Source of the DNA: Pseudovirgaria hyperparasitica
Lineage: Eukaryota
DNA: 64,000 nucleotides
Strand: one strand, 5' to 3'
Assembly (NCBI GenBank): GCA_010093815.1
Contig: ML996565.1
The stretch's first letter is position 1. Every line of letters starts with the position of its first letter. This document shows, in pieces, positions 13,701 through 24,793 of this stretch. Position numbers and translations under genes: made by a program. The notes beneath the pieces are model-generated. The model ran no database searches. It saw only the letters and a list, made by a program, of their open reading frames with translations, and was not told the DNA's origin.

Positions 13701-14074
13701 GAAGAGTACAAGCAGAACAGGCTCTGACAAGCATCAACACGGCATTATCGCAGGGGAAAAACCTTTCAATTGTTGATTCTCAGGGCAATGCGATAACTGA
13801 CCCGTGCAAAGCTGTGGAAGGCGGCAGTAGTAATGCTACGTACGAAATTCCTCTCGAGAAAATGGACGATGTCATCATCGGCATCACCCGTCGGGTCAGC
13901 GATATGACATTACAGGAACCAGGCGAAGGACACATCGTGCCAGGTGCGAAGCCAGCGGTATTGATCGCAGAAAATAGACAGACCAGAGTGAAAGCACGCA
14001 AAGAAGGGCTCACCTCGGTTGCCAGCGCGATGATACGAAAACTTCTGTCGTCACAGGTCAAGAGACCCGGATGA
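10709..14074 (+). CDS. Est1/SMG5-6-7 (Ebs1-like) family protein with N-terminal C2H2 finger, Est1 DNA/RNA-binding (14-3-3-like) domain and degenerate C-terminal PIN domain
   Basis: Joins ORFs 10685, 11012 and 13664 through introns 10954-11004, 13127-13174, 13454-13509 and 13607-13652 (GT..AG, branch sites, phases checked). Motifs: CPYC...HVQSRH; WQALIALHRTLLHEHHDFFLASQHP; CLGDISRYR; GRLYHHLAIL; PLPEDYLIRG; PIN-like VIICETD...VLIPEDVIANL...MDDVII...VLIAENRQTRVKAR. Confidence 0.85.
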
Positions 14075-14082
14075 TACAGGAG

Positions 14083-14134
14083 CAAAGGGCGCGGCGCGAT
14101 GGAGTATCGATACTTCATCGCGCCGCGCCATTTG
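14083..14134 (+). other. Long GC-rich hairpin/palindrome directly after the Est1-like stop codon
   Basis: 14088-14129 ggcgcggcgcgatg-g-agtatcgatact-t-catcgcgccgcgcc pairs fully except one G-T; flanking caaa/tttg extend the stem. Confidence 0.9.
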
Positions 14135-14135
14135 A

Positions 14136-14396
14136 ATGAAGGCTGTCTCATATATAGAACCTTCGTTAACCGAGGATTCCAGTCCGGATGGATCCACAAG
14201 TAGGATAGCCATGCAGGAAGGATACCTGGACCCTTCTCTTACCACAGAGGACGTGAGCTCTCGGACTTGGTCGTGCTATCCACACTACTATAGCCGAATA
14301 TCCAGGATGGAGACGTTCATGAGACGGGAAAGGCAATACAAAAATACCATTAGCGATAGGGCAACATGTATTGAATGGAGTGAATGGAACTTGTAA
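14136..14396 (+). CDS. Putative small protein (86 aa) with internal repeat YIEPSLT-EDSS / YLDPSLTTEDVSS
   Basis: ATG lies 1 nt after the extended hairpin; repeat copies differ at several synonymous positions (tat/tac, tcg/tct, tta/ctt, gat/gac). Confidence 0.3.
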   Translation: MKAVSYIEPSLTEDSSPDGSTSRIAMQEGYLDPSLTTEDVSSRTWSCYPHYYSRISRMETFMRRERQYKNTISDRATCIEWSEWNL

Positions 14397-15561
14397 AGGA
14401 CCGGAGCTGTGGAAGCTTTCGGTGCCACGTTCTAAACCTTCTGATGTATCCTTCAAGGGGCTAATACCAATCGGCCGGGACACCGACTACCTTCTTATGA
14501 CTGAATGACCTTGGGACCTGACGACGATGATATATTTGTACGGCTGTTCCTGCTGATTGATGGCGCGTGACCGCATACTCTTCTTGAAGTCCTCTTTTCA
14601 ATCCTGATCTGGCGCTTCATTCCCGAGCTTTTCATTTGGTGCTCTGATATCTTCCATTGAAGTCGCCGGTTCCATTTTTCCTGACTCTGGCCTTGCCCTT
14701 CCACATATTCATACGTTTCGGACCATTCACTGACCCGAGCTGGATTCAGATCAGATATATATAGGTCCTCTTCTCTTCGGAATGGACAATCACGCGTCAC
14801 ATGGTATATAGCTCACACTTTAATATGGTTCGCACAGTTCCGTCTTGATGCAAAAAGCTTATGAGTTCACAAATCACGCCTGCCCCAGACACAGCAGCGA
14901 TTACCATACACACTTGTTAGTCATTAAATGCGTGCACTCAGGCTCCCAGGGACTTATATCAACTTCATCCTAGACGCCCATCAGGACCATGTCAGCCTAC
15001 GCCCCAACTGTGCGTGAATGTTCCTGCAGCACAAGCTCAAATCGCACAGTCAACGGCGGCGTTCGGGTAGCGAGTATGCATGATTACACGGTATATGGAA
15101 AAGGCAACTGAAACCTCCCTAATTTTGTACAGATCTTGAACTGTGCTTGCATATCCCGTTCCCGTAACCCGCCTCGGGCTAAAATGATGTTTTGCCTGAT
15201 GCTACCAAAGGCGGCTAGCGCCTTTCGTGCTCAGGCCTTCCCACAGCTAGGTAATATTCGTACTGGACCCTTGCCGTAACGCTGAGACGAACTGCTCGCT
15301 CATGTCAGACCGTTCTAGTAGTATACGTATCTTCGTTCGAGCAAGTGGGCCAACCGAGCCAACAAACTAATTACCTCTTGCGGTTGATTCAATAGCTGAT
15401 GCGATGTTTCCGCCAGTTTCGAGCTCTGTCGTACCTCCTATATAATCACGCTGCGCTCATTGCGTCTGCGCAAGCCTTTTAGACCATCGACACGAAGCTT
15501 ACCGATCGTCTTCATGCTCTCAAATTAACCGGCGCAGAGTTTCGTGTGACCTCGTTCGCAT

Positions 15562-16960
15562 ATGGATGACACTATGGGAGCTCTTACGACTTTTCGCGAC
15601 TGGTATACAGACACTTATGGCCACCTACACGGCCTACCGTTCGGGCTATTCATTTGCTTGAGTGCTGTGATACTTTTTACTGTGGCTGCACTCGTATGTG
15701 TTCTTCATTGTAAGACGAGAAGATGTTCTGGCTAAATCCATCGCTCAGCTCTACCTCCTACTTTTTATCGTTGCCCCGATCCCTCGAGGGCCGTACAGAA
15801 ACGAGAAGACCTACCGCACAGTGCTACCAGATGGCCGCACGAGCGAAGAAAAGCAATTACCCTGTTGGCTAGATACGTGGCGTGCGAGAAGAACAGAAGC
15901 GAGCCGGAAGGATCTACCAGATCTAGCTACAGAAGATATTGAGCCAGCAGAGGTCTTCGTATCGGTGGTGGTACCGTCATACAATGAAGAAGAACGATTA
16001 GGAGGAATGCTGGAAGAGGCTGTGGACTACCTACAAAAGCAATATGGAGACGCGCACGGAACTTTTGCAGAGACTGCAAGTGTAGCAGGAAAGCCATCAG
16101 GCAATAAAAACAAGAAGACGGTGAACGGATCGGCACATACACTCACGAATTCAACACCGAAGGGTTGGGAGATTCTGGTAGTTTCGGATGGGTCCAAGGA
16201 TAAGACTGAAGAGGTCGCGTTGGGCTTCGCAAAGAAACACCAACTCGCACATCATCCACATAAGGTGAAAGGGCCATGGAAAAATACCGGTCACGATACA
16301 CGTATACCTTATGGCTCTATACGCGTAATCACCCTGGAAGAGAACAGAGGGAAAGGAGGTGCTGTGACCCATGGCATGAGACACGTCCGCGGCGCGTACG
16401 CCGTATTTGCAGATGCAGACGGCGCTTCCAAATTTGAAGACCTGGGCCATTTGATCACAGGCTGTCAAGCAGTGCAAGACAAGCAAGCACGTGGAGTAGC
16501 CATCGGGTCGAGAGCGCATCTCGTTGGAAGCGACGCAGTCGTCAAGGTAATAGTCGTCCCTATTTTTTCTGAATATACTCATCCCACATGCACTTTCACT
16601 AACCATGTCGTTCAGCGCTCGAAACTACGGAACTTCCTCATGCATTCATTCCACCTCTTCATCCGACTGCTCACGACCCGGAAAACATCCAAAATCAAGG
16701 ACACCCAATGCGGCTTCAAGCTCTTCTCGCGCGCCTCCCTACCCTACATCATTCCGTACATGCATTCCGAAGGATGGATCTTCGACGTCGAAATGCTCAT
16801 GCTGGCCGAGAGCGCAAACATCCCCATGATCGAAGTCCCGATTGGCTGGAAGGAGGTCGCGGGCTCGAAACTCAATGTCGTCAAGGACTCTGTTGCTATG
16901 GCTTGGGGCTTGGCTGTGCTCAGGGTGAGCTGGGTCTTGGGCGTGTATAGCCGGTCGTGA
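15562..16960 (+). CDS. ALG5: Dolichyl-phosphate beta-glucosyltransferase (GT2)
   Basis: SVVVPSYNEEERL, VSDGSKD, NRGKGGAV, FADADGAS, DTQCGFKLF, WIFDVE; N-terminal TM exon; introns 15694-15748 and 16547-16615; start at 15562 or 15574. Confidence 0.93.
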
Positions 16961-17199
16961 GGGTGTGTGCATGAAGATATGAATGATGTGTATGTACTAT
17001 CATACATACATATATATATGCCAATACCGTAACATAAATGATCTTCTCACCTTTCCTGAATTGTGAAAAGAAATGGTTATCATAGTGTTTAGGACAGGAC
17101 CCGGCCCGCACGGGAGTGTGTGTGCTCCTGTGAACATGATATAGTAGCACAGCACCTCGAAACACGCCATATCATACATACATAAATATACTCATGACT

Positions 17200-17670
17200 C
17201 GTTAGATACACAATTCATTCATTCGTTCGTTCGTTCGTGGGCTCCCCTTCGATTTTTACAACCATTGTTTGTGGTTATATAGGTCTTCTGCGAGGCGGAT
17301 CGCGAGATGGGTGGGTATGGATGGATATGGATGTATAGTTGAGAGGGGGCATTGGTTTGAGGGTTTTGCTTGGAAGGTCTTGGGAAATGTGTGGGGAGAT
17401 GGAGTGTGTGCATAGATATAACAATACCCTCTTTGCTCGCTCTTGCGATTTCACTAGATGGATAAATATAAAAACATAGAAAGAAAATGGTAGCTGGGAT
17501 CAGCGGAGGAATGGGGTTCAGGCGGATGAATGAAGCGGGTTATTGAAGGGAGGTTGTGGAAATGGATGGACGGGTGAATGAATGAATGGGTAGATAGAAA
17601 GCGAGACATTAGGAATGGTAATAGAAAATTTCATGATGGTAGTGGTGGTATGTAGAGAGAGAGTATAGTG
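17200..17670. repeat. Low-complexity/microsatellite-rich intergenic tract ((attc)n(gttc)n, (ggat)n, (gaat)n)
   Basis: Visible short tandem units at about 17215-17237, 17318-17335 and 17560-17590. Confidence 0.6.
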
Positions 17671-20600
17671 AGCTGTGACGGGTCACTGCAGGCAAATTGG
17701 CGCTCTGTTACCACAATCCAATTTTCAGCGCTCTGACTATCCAGCAGTGTGAATTTAGCCAAACAACATTGGAAGTGAAGCAAACCACTCCATCAAGCCG
17801 AGTCCAGATCTCACCCTACATACGACCCTCTCTCCATCAGCACGCTCTACGCCTCCTGAGAATTTCGCATGAATACTTGGTCGAACGCAAGACAAACTAA
17901 AGGAACAAGGAGAAACTCTTTAGTCGCACAACAAGCCCGTTGGCGTCTACTCACTCACACTCCTCGGTCTGTGCCCCTCCTCGTCTGTCTCGTTAGGAGC
18001 TTCCCTGGGAGCGCGTAAATTCCAAAGCGGTGAGGAAATGACAGCACGAGCGAGGCAACTGGCCACAGGGTGATGACGAAGAGATTTTGGCTACTATGCT
18101 GTGTAAGTGCTGTGTGTAGAACTGTGGGGGTTGTGCCTTGAATTGAGGATTAGTGTCTAGGGTAGAATGACTTCCGGAAGGCAAGTATGCAGTAGAACTG
18201 TTGTGCTGAGTTGATATTCCACCTGCCCCTGACGTAAGATTGACGCGAAGGGTGTCTGTAGTGCACATTCGTACGATTGAGTCAATTCACCGCAAACTCT
18301 GTATTCTGCGTGTGGGCTAGCTGACTGCTATGCATGTGGGCCGTCCCGAGGGGCCCGGTGTAGGAGTTGCGTAGCTTCTAAGAGGTGGATCTATGGGTGT
18401 CCTAGGCGTATTTTAGGGATGCAAGGGAGGGAGGGAAGGAAGGTTGGGAGGATCGTGTGGAACACATGTGTGCGAGGGACGAGGCAATGAGGCGGTTTCT
18501 GTGCGATAGCAAATAAGAACCGACTGCATAGTGTTATGGAGAGGATGTCTGTAAGATTAGTGGCGGTTGTGGAAGGGAGATTGTGTTGCTATGTTGTGTT
18601 TGCCTTGCTTTGGAGATTATTTGCGGTGCTCGGGCGACTTCTTGTGGTCATTGACTCAAGGGGTATCAGGAGGTGGAGTCCGCGACGAAGGGGGGATAGG
18701 AGGCGAGGACTATGGCGGTGACTCGTTTCTTGTATTAGTGTAACATGTTGAGTAACCCTCAACTGTTCGTCAGAGCACTCTCAGTTACCGATGGTGACCT
18801 GTTGGTGGCTGTCCCGCAGGAGTCCTGTTACCGAACGTTAAAGACGAGCGCCAACGCCTGCGTGCAGAAAGAACAAACAAGGCAAATATGTCGTCTGACT
18901 TCTCATCAGACTTAAGGTGATCACGCGGGTCGATGGCTCCTGTCAAGCATTTCCATGACTGCCTTGGTCAACAATTGAGGTCTTTCCAGAGGCCAGTCAT
19001 CACCTGGACACAAGGCATGTATGTAGGCTCCTGTTGCTTCAAGGTTCAAACTTGGATATGTTACTCACGGAGTACAATGCATGAGTAATGAATAGGATAC
19101 CAAACAAGTGGTTACCGTAGCGTATTCCACTTGTCTAGTATCGATTGGTTTGTCAGGCCTGCTACAAGTAGTGAACGTTCGCGAGGTCTAAATTGTGCTT
19201 CCTTGACTGGACTACTTTCGATTGCCTACTCAAAGGTCGAACTCTAGGGATTAGCTATACAAGCCAGCATTAGATGAGTCACTGAAGTTGTGTTATGGCA
19301 TGAGACAGTGATCGTGCAGCCAGGCCTTTCCTGTCGTGACAAGCTACAGAAGGGACTTGACTCCTGGGCCTTTCTTTTGCTACGGTGGCGGTCTTACCGG
19401 TGCAAATCAGATTTTATATACCATCTCTTGAATTATTTCAGAACAGCGCATATCAGTATCCGCGAGTAAAGTATTGCGGCACCTCCCTGGCGTCTACCAA
19501 CCAGCTTCGCCGGCTTGAGCGCTTAGGCTCCTGCCCAGCACAAACACACCAATGGCCGTATCCTTGGTATAGCTGCGGCAGCAGATTTCATCCTCTTGAG
19601 TACCTTTTGCATGGGCACAGAGTTGACTTTGGTCAAATTGCTCATGGGCACAGCCCACTTCAGCCCTCTAATCAAAACTCGCATTGCTCGAGCTCGTACC
19701 ATTTCGAGTGAGCCTGCACGACTCAGTACCAATTATGCGACGGCGATGGCTCCTGATATGCAGGTCTCTGAAGACGGAAGGCTTGCTGACGCATTCCGAC
19801 AGATTTGTCCGAGTTCGTCCAATTACGTCCTGACCGCAAAGAGTATTATCATTATAGAGATGTTGAAGGCCCGAGGAGATAGTTTTGAGCAGCTCATGTG
19901 GACACAGGGATATGGCCCTGGAGAATACTGCTGGAAATATCTGTCGCGAGCTTAGCTTCATGCAAGCGCTTCAGAGCCTAGAGCTGCAAGGGTCGCCAGC
20001 TCTTGTAACCGCGCCACGAGAAGCACTACATTGGTGCGAAACAGAGAGAGATAGGGAAGCAACATCTGGGTATGCCCTGTCGATATGCTCACCTTTTTTC
20101 ATACGAGGACGGTCGTCACAGTCTTGCCACTACCAAGCATGGCCCCCAGATGTTCATTCATTGTATACCGGAGTCTGAGGTTTGTGGTTACTCATTCCTG
20201 TCAGTGAACCAGTTCATTCACTTGGAACGCTTATATTTACAGCTTGTCGTTGCAGAAATGAAGGTTGGTCGAGGCAGAGGCAAGGTAGTCGCAACTGAGC
20301 CATGCTTCTCATATCTGTCATGTATCTCGGATCATAAGGGATCTCTGGCCTTATTATTCGACAGAGTAAGACAGAACATTGGAGTGTACATCATGGCTCA
20401 AAGAGGGTGTAAAATTCTACCTTGTGAGCTAGGCAGTATTGCAATCGACGCTGTTTCTAGGACAGTAAGCGAATTATACGTGAGACGCATGGCAATGTCC
20501 TCCTTACATGTCGATGTCCCGCTTATGAAATCCTTAGGTACCGATACTCTAACATGTTGAATGGCCTTGAGAAGAGACTTAGTCCATAGCCCAGAGAGCA

Positions 20601-20900
20601 GAGCGTATACGATATGTATCGAGATGGTGGTAGTAGAATGATGGCGTCTCACCTGGATTGTTCCGTTGTAGACGCTTTTCGTTCTTATGATTGATACCTT
20701 CACAACACGCGAGTAAGGACGATGTCGACTGCTGGTTCTCAATGACACATCAGCCTGCCTCTTTGGCATGTCGGCTGCATTTTCATGGTGAAGGTAACTC
20801 AAGAATGTCTGGAAGCGAAACAGAGGTCTGTTTGAACGTATTTTCGATCAGCAGTGCCTGTCGCTGTATTGGAGGATTCAGATTGATGGAAGATCAGGGG

Positions 20901-22200
20901 TCATCGAGAGTGTATTGTAAGTGTTTGGACTTTCTCTACGTAACCAAAAGCTCGAAGGGGCCATCGGAGATAAGTCCGATACTCAGGGGCAACGTTGTTG
21001 AAAATCCTGAGCACCCACTGTCCCACACAGTCCATCTCAAGAATATTCGGCAGTCCATCGGTCTCATACCTCGCCACAGGCTCGAGTAATGCGTTCATAG
21101 GATTCATCGCAAAGAAATAAGCAAGAAGAACCTGCGCCACATTGTTTTCCGGGCATATAAAAGCGAGAAAGTCTCTGTTGGGTAGGAACGCAACGTAGTT
21201 GTATGCTACCCCATACTCTTCGTACGCTGTAATGTACGTCAGCCTCATCATCGGTAGATGCAATGCGAGTATTTACCTTTGAGAGGTGCGTCTCTTGCGG
21301 CTACCAGAGTTGCATACAGAGCCTCGTAGAATGGTGTATTGATATCGTCTGTAACCAGTGGTGCGACTTCCTCAAGCGACTCCTGCGCTAATTGAAGCTC
21401 ATGCTGATTGATTTCGACGCTCTTTACGCGCTCAAGACGATCGCCTAAAGCCTTCAAATGCCCTTCTGCCCGTAAGTCATGGAATGCACTCTCTGGCTTA
21501 GTTTGGTAGTCGCCTGAAGCCAGATAGCAACCCCTGACCATCATAAGGAACTCGAGCAGGCCCTCCTCCATGAACCTTGCTTGGAACATTAAGGCTACTA
21601 ACGTTGCGACACGTGAATCCAGTTCCGGTATACTGGATGCTGGCTTGGATATGGCTTGATTAAACGATCGGATCGCTGCTATACGATGGGTTAATGCCTG
21701 GCTTTCGAGCTGGTGGCCAGATACCGCCGATAGATGTGAGGCAGAAAGAGCGAGCAATGCGCTCTGGAGGTAGTCATACTGGGCCTACTCAGCAGATATA
21801 TAGACACACAGATCGTCGCAACACTACTTACCTTCGTTGCCAAAGCCGGGATCTTGATAGTCCAAAGTCCGACCAAACGTGCCCCTACAGGAAGATGGGG
21901 ATGGGCCTTGCTCATGTAATGATGGAACAGTCTTGCTTCATCGGAAGACTTAGTTGCAATTTGCGGCAAACTGGCGGGCATCCTGACGCGTTGTGGGGCA
22001 TTGCACCCAGGCACAAAGGACGCGAAGACTAAGTTGGGATACACACAAGACAAATGGCCTCTTTGGCAATTATCGCATGATGGTCGGTTTTCTTGACACT
22101 TAATCTTCCTGTTCTTGCAGTTGACACAGCCGAGACGTGATTTTGGCCCGCTCTTTCGCACACGTCGTCGATGTGGTATGGGTGTGGAAGATGAAGACAT
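20901..22200 (-). CDS. Zn(II)2Cys6 transcription factor (Upc2/DUF3468-like C-terminus)
   Basis: KSRLGCVNCKNRKIKCQENRPSCDNCQRGHLSCVYP; RLFHHY; LLALSASHL; introns 21779-21831 and 21227-21276 join three ORFs in frame. Confidence 0.88.
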
Positions 22201-24793
22201 AGGTTCAGGGTCTTTCTGCTCGAGAAAGATCTCAATGGAGTGTTTCAAGCGGCATGGATAATCAGTGCACCCTATGTATTGTTTGAGACCACCGACGATT
22301 TGAAGAGCATTAAGTGGACATCGAAGTGGTCGCGACTTCGTATTTGGCGCGAATCATTTCCCATTCCAGCTAGACGCCGCCTCAACATCGCTGAGATATT
22401 CGTTCTTTGTCAGGCAACAGTGAGAGAGTATTTTGACTGGTATGTGCGTAGCATGCTCACATGCGTGTCAGCACAATGCTTGACCATCATGAGCCATAGA
22501 TACATACCTATATCGTACCTGACCCATGAGAGACCGATATCATATTGCGTAGAGTCAGCATAATTTTGATACACCGGGGCTAACTTTACAGGGGTATATG
22601 AAATGAATATAAAAGATATGAAGTTGCCAGCATAGCCAATAATCTCGGTATCAGATCGAAAAGCGTTGCCAAAGTAGAGATCTGGCCAAATTCGGAAAGA
22701 AGGAGACATGATTACTATCGTGATTTACTTGGATCATTGAGCTTTAGAAGCCCGATAGAGCCTACACTATTGTTGAGTGAAATGTTAAACTGGTTATAGG
22801 AAGCTTGAGAACGAGAATTGAATACAGCTAAATCGCTGTTTCACTATGAAGCATCGGAACCCCCGTTACTTGCAACCATGTTATATTTGCATGACCGCTA
22901 CCAGAAGTACTCCTTGAATGGTGATTTAAACATCCTTCTATGTCACTGCCCAACAAAAAATTGATGTGTATGACCTTGCGGACGAAATAGAAGTACTCTG
23001 TTCGACAGGATAACGGAAATCATTGAAGAGCTTTTATACTCCTCTGTAGATGATAAATGAGCCGTAGGACAATTCTGGTGTCTAACCTGGTAATCATCTC
23101 TTAGAGTGGAGGTGTATTGATGTTATTTTTAGAAGTCCTCGCATCAATCATCGTAAAGTAAGAGAGAGTGGTAGCGGTTCTATTAATCCTTACTACATCC
23201 TGATTCCTGACCTCACGTGTAGGTTACAACATCATTATGCGGCTTGACTCCACATAGCGAGAGACTGCATTTGAATTAGCAAAGCCACAGCAAATAACGT
23301 GTTATACCTCAGCTGCTGAATACGAGGATATCATCAACGTTGACTCGCTCTGGGGAACGTTAAGGCCTGGGAGGTGGCATTTGATGTAGTCCAGACCATC
23401 CTGGACACGAAAAGAACCTAGCTATCCAGCCAAACTGAGATCCGCTCCGATGGAGAGTGGAGCTCAGCTCGTGAGGCAACCATCGGTGAGATGCATCAAT
23501 TCCGGTGTCCAATAGCTAATGCAGCCTGACCACTATGCTTGGATCTAGACTAGTCAGTACAGTGCCACAATTGTTCGAACACTCTAATAGTAGTGTGCAA
23601 GTAACCAAGAGAGCATGACGGAGTATAGCTCATTGTAGAGAAAGTCATAGCATCCTGCTACTTTATGTATAGCACGGACGCTCTTGAGCGCAGTAGAGGT
23701 CTTTATTGATGTCATTCTTGAGACTAGCGTCTTTAAGAGATATTTGCCTTAGGCACCTAATGAATCAAGCTTTTCATGTTCGAAGTATCCATCAGACTTT
23801 CCATTAACACAAAAACTGCGATGACAGCGGAGAACTGTTCGGTCAATGAGGACTTTTCGCTTGGCAAGAACGGATTACTAACGCCCGGCGATGGCTGCAG
23901 TGCCGAACGATCTGCTTTGGGCCAAGCAACAATGTCCGAGAAGCAGTTCTAAAAAGAGCATATGGATAGAAGACCAACAGTTTGAAAGTTAAAACATCCC
24001 GTACGGTGCACGCCTCATGTGAAAGCACAGAATTGTCCAGACTTACCTCGGCTGTATGCTCTCACTACACGAACGACTCCGTATAAGGCAATGGACCCCA
24101 ATTCTGCGTTGAAGCACGTTGAAAACGTTCGACTCCAGACGCTATCGATGGAAATAGGTATAGTATTGATGCATAGTATGTGTCTCATGTATCGAACTGA
24201 CTTGAAGAGGCGGCACAGTCAAGGGGCGCAGCCTCGAAGCTTTCAAGGGGCTTCTACGTCTTGGCACCCTCCTTTCAACGGTCTCGATTGTATGTGGCTG
24301 AGTGTCACTGATGAAAACCTAGCGTTAGGTGCATAATCGATTCATTAACCTATGCAGTCGTCCACTAATAAAATCTGAATCTAGAATTAAATACTCGATC
24401 ACGGCGTAATTATCATTCATTACGAAGCGCATAATGTATGACGCGGTACTGTTAAAGACTATTCAACACATGCGTTATCACGGGCTACATTGATAATGTT
24501 ACATGCATTAAATATGTACACCAGGAGCTGATCCTTTTTCTCAGCCGCACGCCATGCCAAGATACTCCGCCGGACGCCTCTGTGGTGGGGGCTGTCTTCT
24601 CTGTTCCAAGTGCTGGTCAAATCTAGGATATCGTTCGTATGGACCAATGTAAACATAGCGCATCCAGTTTAACATTCGGCTGCGGGGGCGATTATGATCG
24701 TGGTTAATCTCTTCTTGCCTAAAAAGGGCGCTTTCATAATGTTATATGAGCTCGTCCTCAGCACCGCATTTCTGATTCATCTGAGCATTCAGG

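Noticed and set aside
14083..14140. Hairpin as a Helitron 3' end or SECIS
   Set aside because: No CTRR terminus at the expected distance on either strand; the perfect stem lacks the SECIS UGAN/NGAN core
15065..15125. RVCMITRYMEKAT resembling a kinase hinge
   Set aside because: Too short, and no other kinase subdomain nearby
19385..20560. Overlapping + strand ORFs of 97-162 aa
   Set aside because: No recognisable motif or consistent exon structure; may be a relic but cannot be supported
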